Source: an uncultured Novosphingobium sp. (GTDB taxonomy: Bacteria > Pseudomonadota > Alphaproteobacteria > Sphingomonadales > Sphingomonadaceae). Taken from it: a stretch of DNA of 42,486 bases. A program made the translations under genes and the position numbers. The stretch spans positions 1-42,486 of the forward strand of contig CALLNA010000284.1 of assembly GCA_938005655.1 (NCBI GenBank), written 5' to 3'. Every line of letters starts with the position of its first letter. The first letter of the stretch is position 1. Shown one piece after another: positions 36,251-42,486 of this stretch. The notes under the pieces were generated by a model. It saw nothing but the letters and a program-made list of their open reading frames with translations. It searched no databases and was not told the origin of the DNA.

Positions 36251-39200
36251 TTAGCGCCTTTGGGTCCGACTATAATCCAGCATCTGCTGGATGCCGCTAT
36301 CGTATTTATTACCAAATCTTGTCTGAATATCAACGATATCCATCTGTTGCGCACCCCTGAAATCCCCTTGCGCGATCAAGTCCGCCTGCGCTTGGCGATA
36401 GGCGCGTGCTTCTCGTGAGCTACCCCAACTTGCTGTAAGCCGATGGTCCTCCGTGAGCATTGCGACGGACGGCCCCTCTTCAGTAGCGAGGGGACTGATG
36501 GAATTGGCTGGCACATGATGCGCCTCATAGCCTGCCAAGCCCTTTACGTTCCTGTACGCCCCGCCAAGCTGTGTGACCTCCGGGAGCGTGCTCTCTGCGG
36601 CTACCGTCCAACTGCTGATGAGCTTAGAACCTGCAAACCCAATACCTTTGACTGTACCGAACGTAAGAGCACTGATGGTGCCATCCATAGCATAGCCCCG
36701 CGCACTGATGTCCTGATCAAGCATCAACCGCGATGCGATGCCGCCATTGCCGCCAGCTAGGAACGCTGCGCCTGCCTGCCCAATCAGGCTTTCTCCGAGT
36801 ACCAGCGGAGCGACAATGGCACTGGCCGCAGACAGGGGACCAAATAGTGCGGCACCCCCAAAGCCTCGATTTACTTCAGCCTCAGCCTGCCTGCCTCCAT
36901 TATCCCATCTGTAATCGATCTCTTTGGCAGCTGCATCCGCTATGGTGGCGATCAAGGCATCACCACGATTTCTGTCTAACGCACGGGAAAGAATCGACAG
37001 CTGAATATCGTTGGTGGTGGGCGAACTCATCCACGCAGCTACGTTTTCCCCCAGCTCTTGAAGCTGGTGAATCGCCTGAACGAATCCCTGATCCGTAGAG
37101 CCTTCCGCTAGGAGGTTGGCCGCCAACCTGCCCGCCGCATATCCATTTCTGGGATCAGCGCTCGCGTCTAGATCGAAGTAGCCGAAATTATCGTTGCCTA
37201 TCAGATGAGAAATTGCGCCTCCTGATGCGGTCGAACCAGTTGCCCCAAGCACAACGGCTCTCATGATCTGAGGATCGCTCTTAGCCAACGCAATAATACT
37301 TTGCCGTTTGGCTTCAGCAGATAGCTGAAGCAATCTATCAGAGGCTACGCCAGTCGTTTCGGCAATTTGGTTCGCCGGATTACCTACGGCCTTGTCGATT
37401 GCCGCTCGGTTGATCCAGATGCCTTCACCAATATCTTCAAATCCGGGCAGGCCGGGAGCATGGCCCGCAGCGGTTTCCTTTGCCACTGCCCCACCGAGCG
37501 CCCGTCCGACCACGCTGCCGATAGCATCGGGTAGTTCGGCGAGGATATTGTCGCCAAAGTTCGAGCCTTCGATGGCACTGCGGGTGGCGGCTCTGGCCAG
37601 CATCGCAGCACCGGAGGAGGCGATCTCGTTGCCGATCCCACTGGCGAAGAACCCGGTACCTTTGGCGAGTCCCTGCCCCACCTGGAATCCGATTCCCGCA
37701 CCCACGCCGGCTGCGGCTACTCCGGCCCAGCTGAACTTATCCTGCAATCCCGTCGCGACCCCGATCCCCTGCGTGATGGAGTTGGTGAGCATTCCGCGGA
37801 CAAGCGCTCCACCGGTGGATGTCGCTTGACCGAAGACCGCGGTGACTCCCCCGCCGACCAGGCCTCCTATCCCGGCAAGCGCCACCGCGCCCCAACTAAA
37901 CTTGTCTTGGATACCGGTCGCAATCCCGATGCCTTGACTTACCACCGAGCCTACGACCGCTCCGCCAACGCCCGCACCGATGGCCCCGACCGTGGTTAGC
38001 GTTCCGGCTGTACCGGGCAAACCCGCAAGGCCGCCGGTCAATGTGGCGGTGAGCGAGCTGCTGAAAGACGCGCCGGTCGCGACAGATGCGATGCCTGCTG
38101 TCGCAACGATCGCCACGGCGACCGCGATGATCGCAAGGAAGATCTGCCCGATTCCGCAGCCCTTTTTCTTGGGTGCTACGGGGATGGGCACGGACGGCTG
38201 GACGTCACCGATGGCTTCGGCGGCGTTGTAGGGCCGGAACGTATTCGCGTTGTAGGTGTTGCGGATGACCCCGGCCGGGATCGTCAGGCGCTGGCCTTCG
38301 ACCAGATTGGTCTCGGCGGCGAGGCCGTTGGCCTCGGCCAGCTTGTACCACAGCGACGAGTCGCCCCACAGCGCGCTGGCGATGCTGCGCAGGCTCTCGC
38401 CGGTGCGCTGCACCGTGTAGCTGCCGGCCGCCGATCCCTGGCTGTAGGAGTTGAGCGGGTCGTAGCTCTGCGCGAAGTCGGCGTAGCTCGACGCCACGGT
38501 CGAGCCGTTACGGAACGCCCCGCTGCCCTGGGTCACTCGCCGGTCGGCGATCGAGGCGGCCGCGCCCACCTTGGTCGTGCCGTTGTTGCCGGAATAGCCC
38601 CATTCGACCCCGGCGAACCGATACCAGTATTCATGCGGCGTGTTGCCGGCGTAGCCCATGTCATAGCCCGGCGCATATGCCCCGTACCACTTCGAGCTCG
38701 ATTGCGCCGCCTCGTAGCGCTGGATCACCTGGCCTTCGGCATTGGTGCGGAACGTCACCGTCCGCGGACGCCCGTCGGTGATCTGGGCAGACATCAATGC
38801 GCCCGTCACGTCATAATTCAGACCGGTATACTGCACCGTCGCGCTCGGGTTCGGCTTGTATTGGATATTGGATTGCAGCGGCCCGTCGCGCCAAGCGTAG
38901 GCGTAGGTCGTGCTCGAGGTCGTCTGATAGGCGCCATTCTTGTAGTTTGCCGCGCTGGCGCTCGCCACCGCCCCCAGGAAATACTCTCCGGTCGAGCTGG
39001 TGTAAGTGTAGGTCGTATCCGTGCGATAGGTCGCATCGTATTTCGCAGTGGAGACAGTCTCGGAAGTCACCTGCCCCGACGCGTTGTAGATCGCCGAGCG
39101 CGAGTAGACCGCGCTCGTCCCGCCAGCATAGTCGTTCTGGGTGAGCTGGCGACCCATGAGGTCGTACGTGAACAGCGACAGCTGCGTGCCGTCGGTCGCG

Positions 39201-42200
39201 CCCGACGCCGCGGCGGGCGGCGTGCCGGTATAGCCCGTCTCGCTGGTCCAGACACCTTGGGACTCGCGGATCTCGAGGAGGCGGCCCGCCCCGTCATAGT
39301 TGTAGATCTCGCGGCTCTCATGGTAGGAGCCCGGACTGTAGCCGACATAGGGATCGTAGTAGCCCGCCGCATAATCGGTGCGCGCCACCGAAGCTCGCTG
39401 GCCGAGCGCATCATAGGCGATGTCCTGCCCGCCGGCTCCGCGTACGACATGGGTGCCCGAGAGCGCGCCCTTGTCGACCACCAGGCGGTTCATGCTGTCG
39501 TAGCCGAACCAGTAGTCATCGGTGATCAGCGAGCCGGTCGCATTGCCACCCGCATCGAGCGCATAACGCGTTGCGATCGAGCGCCGGATATTGCCCGCCG
39601 CATCGTACTTGTAGGTGATCCCCGGATTGGAGGAGTCGGCGGAGATCGTAAGGAGCCGGCCGAGCGCATCATAGGTCGCGCTCTGATTGATCCACACGTC
39701 TCCAAACGCGACCGTATAGGTGTTCATGTAATTATACGGATCGGAAAAATCGACTACCGTATAGCTACCTCCATTGAACAAAAGCTCACCGAGGCGATTT
39801 CCTATGGCATCGTAATAATAATAGCTCGATTTCTGCATCCAGTCGCTGGTAGTCAGGCTCCCACTGGTCGACACGACCGACTGCGCCAGCCCGGTATTGT
39901 ACCAGCCGTAAGCGGTGTTTCCGATGGAGCCGTACGACGTGCCGATCGTTCGGAGGGAGAGCCTGCCCGCGGCGTCGTAGGTGCTGGTGGTGACGACGCT
40001 TCCGAGGTCGCTCTTATAGACCTCGCGGGTATAGATATCGGTCTTGGTGGTGCTCGTCCGGGTGGTGCCCGAGTATCCGGTGGTTTCGGCCCATCCGCCG
40101 AGGTTGACGGCGTTGCCGCCGATGGAGGTGGTGAGCGCGCCGTCCCAGGTATAGGTGGTGGTGGTCGCCTGGCCGGCGAGATCGGTCTGGGTCGTGACCC
40201 GGCCGAGCGCGTCGTAGGTAGTCTTCTCCAGACTGGAATCGTAGCCGACGATCGGGTTTTCCCAGTGCGAGGTGTCGATCCACCCGTAGTAGCCGTCGTA
40301 ATAGCCGCTATTGACCCAGACGGGCTCGCCGTAGATCGGCGAGATGACCTGGTTGTTGCCATGCTGTATTCTCTGCCCGAACTGATCGTACTTGTAGGTA
40401 TCGATGAGCCGGGTGGAATCGCCGGATATGTCGGTGGTGCGGTTGTGCTTGACCTCGATGAGCCGGCCGAGCTTGTTGTAGGTGCGCTCCTCCTGGTGGA
40501 GGTTGGTTGAGATAGCGGCGTTGTAAAGCTCGTCGCGGATCACCCGGGCGTCGCCGAGCCGGTCGTAGAGGACCTGCTTCTTGCCGCCGTCGGCGTGGAA
40601 CTCGGTCGCGATCAGGCTCTGGGAACCGTCGTAGCCGGTCGAGCCGAGGATCGCGTAGGTGGTGAGATTGCCGGTATTGGCCGCCTTGCTGGTCGCGCCG
40701 GCGGCATTGCTGCCGGTCTTGGCGTAGTTGGCGCCGCCGGCCCCCTCGCTGGCGTCACGCGTGGCGACGAGGCGGCCGCCGAGATCGTAGTAGTAGTCCT
40801 CGCTGGGCTTGACCCAATAGACCGCGCCGGTCTCGTCGGTGATCTCGACCGCGGGGCTCTCGGCCCTCAGCTTCCGGCCCATGGTGTTGTAGGTGTAGGT
40901 GACCGTGTTGCCGAGCGCGTTGGTCTCGGCCGCGATCTCGCCGAACGCGTTGTAGCTGCGATAGGTGTTGAGCGTCTGGCCCGTGACCATGCTCGAGAGG
41001 TCGCGGCCCTCCTCGATCACCTGGATTGCCTGACCCCGACCGTCATAGAGCGTCCAGGTGCCGTTGACGTCGGCATTGCCGACCGCGGCGAGCGCTGAGG
41101 CGAAGGTAGTGGAACTCGAGAACGCCGCGCCCGCCGAGACGATCATCCCGGTCTGGTTGCCGTTCTTGTCGTAGGCGAACACCTTCCACACGCCGCCGTC
41201 GGTTCCGGCGCCGGCATTGGTCGCGATCAAGCGTCCGGCGGCGTCGTAGCGGTTCTCGGCCTGCCACATCACGCCCGAGGCGTTGCTGCCCGTGCCCTGG
41301 CGCGTGACCTGGTCGAAGGCATTGTATTCGAAGCTGGCGAAGTCGATCCTGGTCAGCGTGCCGCCGACCGTACTGTAGACGCTCCGGGTCAGCGCCCGCC
41401 CGGCGAGGTCGTAGGTCGTCCCCTGCGCTTCGACGACCGTGGTCGTGGCGTTTGAGGAAAGCGTGTTGTCGACATTGACGAGGCGGTCGTAAGCCTGCTT
41501 CTTCAAGCGGCCTGCGGCGTCGTAGTAGAAGTAGGTTACATTCATCTCGGCGTTGCAGGTCGCAAGGAGCCGGCCGCCTTCGCCGTAGCGGTTGAATGTG
41601 TTGCGGTCGTCCACGTTATACGTACCGCCCCAGCCATGCTGGATAATATTCACAAGGTCACCCAGGGAGTCGTAAGTGTAGCTCGTGATCGGCTCCACCA
41701 ACTCGCCATTCGCATCGTAGTATTTGCCTCGTCCCTCCCAAGTGAGGCGGCCGGTAGAGTCATAGTTGTATCTCGCCGTCTCGACCCCGGCGATGGTCTT
41801 CGCCGTGACCTGGCCGAGCGCGTTGTAGGTGTATTCAATCACCGAGTCAGTGGTGCCCGCTGCGCTCAAGGCGCCGGTGCTCGCGTTCACGCTCCAGGCC
41901 GCAACGTTCCGGCGGATCTCCCTGGTGCGGTTGCCGGCAAGGTCGTACTCGAAGTCGGTGATCCGGTCGGCGGCGTCGGTCGCGACCGATGGCACCATGC
42001 CGAGGCCGGGCGAGCCGGTGTAGCGCGTCGCATAGCGAATCTCGCGGGTGACATTGCCCTCGGCGTCGTAGCTCCACTTGGTGAGGTACTGCTCGCCGTC
42101 GAGCTGGGCGATCTTGCGCCCCAGGCTGTCGTACCACGACCAAGTGACGGCACCGTTGGGATCGGTCGTCTTCACCACGTTGCCGTCGGCATCGTAGAGG

Positions 42201-42486
42201 TAGGTGGTGGTCAGCGCCTGGGCCGAGGCGCCTGCCCCGGCATTGGCGCCATAGGCCGAGCCGTTCCAGGACCCCGAGACGATGGCATCGGCCGCGCCGA
42301 CGACGCTGCTGGTTAGCAGGCGATTGAGGTTGTCGTAGGTGAACACGGTCTCGCGGTAGGCACCGGACGGCGGCACGGGCGGAGTGCCGCCAAGCGGCGG
42401 GGTGCCGGAGTAGCCGTTGCCCTCGTAGACCTTGGTGTCGACGAGGTTGCCGTTCGCATCGTAGGCATAGGCCGTGTAGACCCAGG
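36251..42486 (-). CDS. Giant YD-repeat (Rhs-like) polymorphic toxin with LysM, Gly/Ala-rich hydrophobic region and C-terminal His-rich nuclease-like domain; 5' end lies outside the window
   Basis: Many YD repeats (YDADGN, YDSLGR, YDAAGR, YDALGR); frame stays open to the window edge (WVYTAYAYDANGNL), so GTG 42376 is internal; LysM at about 38276-38423; tip EAHHVP...DHRLT...MDIVDI..FGNKYD. Confidence 0.9.
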   Translation of the reverse strand, partial: WVYTAYAYDANGNLVDTKVYEGNGYSGTPPLGGTPPVPPSGAYRETVFTYDNLNRLLTSSVVGAADAIVSGSWNGSAYGANAGAGASAQALTTTYLYDADGNVVKTTDPNGAVTWSWYDSLGRKIAQLDGEQYLTKWSYDAEGNVTREIRYATRYTGSPGLGMVPSVATDAADRITDFEYDLAGNRTREIRRNVAAWSVNASTGALSAAGTTDSVIEYTYNALGQVTAKTIAGVETARYNYDSTGRLTWEGRGKYYDANGELVEPITSYTYDSLGDLVNIIQHGWGGTYNVDDRNTFNRYGEGGRLLATCNAEMNVTYFYYDAAGRLKKQAYDRLVNVDNTLSSNATTTVVEAQGTTYDLAGRALTRSVYSTVGGTLTRIDFASFEYNAFDQVTRQGTGSNASGVMWQAENRYDAAGRLIATNAGAGTDGGVWKVFAYDKNGNQTGMIVSAGAAFSSSTTFASALAAVGNADVNGTWTLYDGRGQAIQVIEEGRDLSSMVTGQTLNTYRSYNAFGEIAAETNALGNTVTYTYNTMGRKLRAESPAVEITDETGAVYWVKPSEDYYYDLGGRLVATRDASEGAGGANYAKTGSNAAGATSKAANTGNLTTYAILGSTGYDGSQSLIATEFHADGGKKQVLYDRLGDARVIRDELYNAAISTNLHQEERTYNKLGRLIEVKHNRTTDISGDSTRLIDTYKYDQFGQRIQHGNNQVISPIYGEPVWVNSGYYDGYYGWIDTSHWENPIVGYDSSLEKTTYDALGRVTTQTDLAGQATTTTYTWDGALTTSIGGNAVNLGGWAETTGYSGTTRTSTTKTDIYTREVYKSDLGSVVTTSTYDAAGRLSLRTIGTSYGSIGNTAYGWYNTGLAQSVVSTSGSLTTSDWMQKSSYYYYDAIGNRLGELLFNGGSYTVVDFSDPYNYMNTYTVAFGDVWINQSATYDALGRLLTISADSSNPGITYKYDAAGNIRRSIATRYALDAGGNATGSLITDDYWFGYDSMNRLVVDKGALSGTHVVRGAGGQDIAYDALGQRASVARTDYAAGYYDPYVGYSPGSYHESREIYNYDGAGRLLEIRESQGVWTSETGYTGTPPAAASGATDGTQLSLFTYDLMGRQLTQNDYAGGTSAVYSRSAIYNASGQVTSETVSTAKYDATYRTDTTYTYTSSTGEYFLGAVASASAANYKNGAYQTTSSTTYAYAWRDGPLQSNIQYKPNPSATVQYTGLNYDVTGALMSAQITDGRPRTVTFRTNAEGQVIQRYEAAQSSSKWYGAYAPGYDMGYAGNTPHEYWYRFAGVEWGYSGNNGTTKVGAAASIADRRVTQGSGAFRNGSTVASSYADFAQSYDPLNSYSQGSAAGSYTVQRTGESLRSIASALWGDSSLWYKLAEANGLAAETNLVEGQRLTIPAGVIRNTYNANTFRPYNAAEAIGDVQPSVPIPVAPKKKGCGIGQIFLAIIAVAVAIVATAGIASVATGASFSSSLTATLTGGLAGLPGTAGTLTTVGAIGAGVGGAVVGSVVSQGIGIATGIQDKFSWGAVALAGIGGLVGGGVTAVFGQATSTGGALVRGMLTNSITQGIGVATGLQDKFSWAGVAAAGVGAGIGFQVGQGLAKGTGFFASGIGNEIASSGAAMLARAATRSAIEGSNFGDNILAELPDAIGSVVGRALGGAVAKETAAGHAPGLPGFEDIGEGIWINRAAIDKAVGNPANQIAETTGVASDRLLQLSAEAKRQSIIALAKSDPQIMRAVVLGATGSTASGGAISHLIGNDNFGYFDLDASADPRNGYAAGRLAANLLAEGSTDQGFVQAIHQLQELGENVAAWMSSPTTNDIQLSILSRALDRNRGDALIATIADAAAKEIDYRWDNGGRQAEAEVNRGFGGAALFGPLSAASAIVAPLVLGESLIGQAGAAFLAGGNGGIASRLMLDQDISARGYAMDGTISALTFGTVKGIGFAGSKLISSWTVAAESTLPEVTQLGGAYRNVKGLAGYEAHHVPANSISPLATEEGPSVAMLTEDHRLTASWGSSREARAYRQAQADLIAQGDFRGAQQMDIVDIQTRFGNKYDSGIQQMLDYSRTQRR

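Noticed and set aside
35599-37098. + strand ORFs 35599..35802, 35799..36065, 36149..36418, 36443..36760 and 36733..37098
   Set aside because: Antisense to the toxin/immunity genes or in the spacer, with no RBS or motifs
42374-42376. GTG at 42376 as the toxin start codon
   Set aside because: The frame continues with YD-repeat sequence to the window edge, so the gene begins upstream

Overview
High-GC alphaproteobacterial DNA; gene content and codon style suggest a sphingomonad such as Novosphingobium (inference). Contents from left to right: (1) a secreted GH3 glycosidase; (2) a membrane PAS-GGDEF-EAL protein whose PAS domain resembles the Aer2 heme type; (3) an operon of OmpR-family regulator, LysM-FecR protein and CHASE2 histidine kinase; (4) a divergent 12-gene oxidative D-galactose/L-arabinose catabolic locus with a GH2, an MFS permease and a FadR regulator; (5) a tightly coupled five-gene operon that looks like an uncharacterised synthase-dependent exopolysaccharide system (BcsB-like anchored periplasmic protein, MshEN/T2SSE_N-GT2 synthase, GT-C-like membrane protein, REC plus degenerate GGDEF, outer-membrane beta-barrel); (6) an OmpA-family gene flanked by three rearranged copies of a palindromic repeat element; (7) a LuxE-like/alpha-beta hydrolase pair; (8) the 3' part of a giant YD-repeat/LysM polymorphic toxin with a His-rich nuclease-like tip and a candidate immunity gene. 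No rRNA, tRNA, CRISPR array or intact transposase was seen. All family assignments come from reading motifs by eye, not from database searches.
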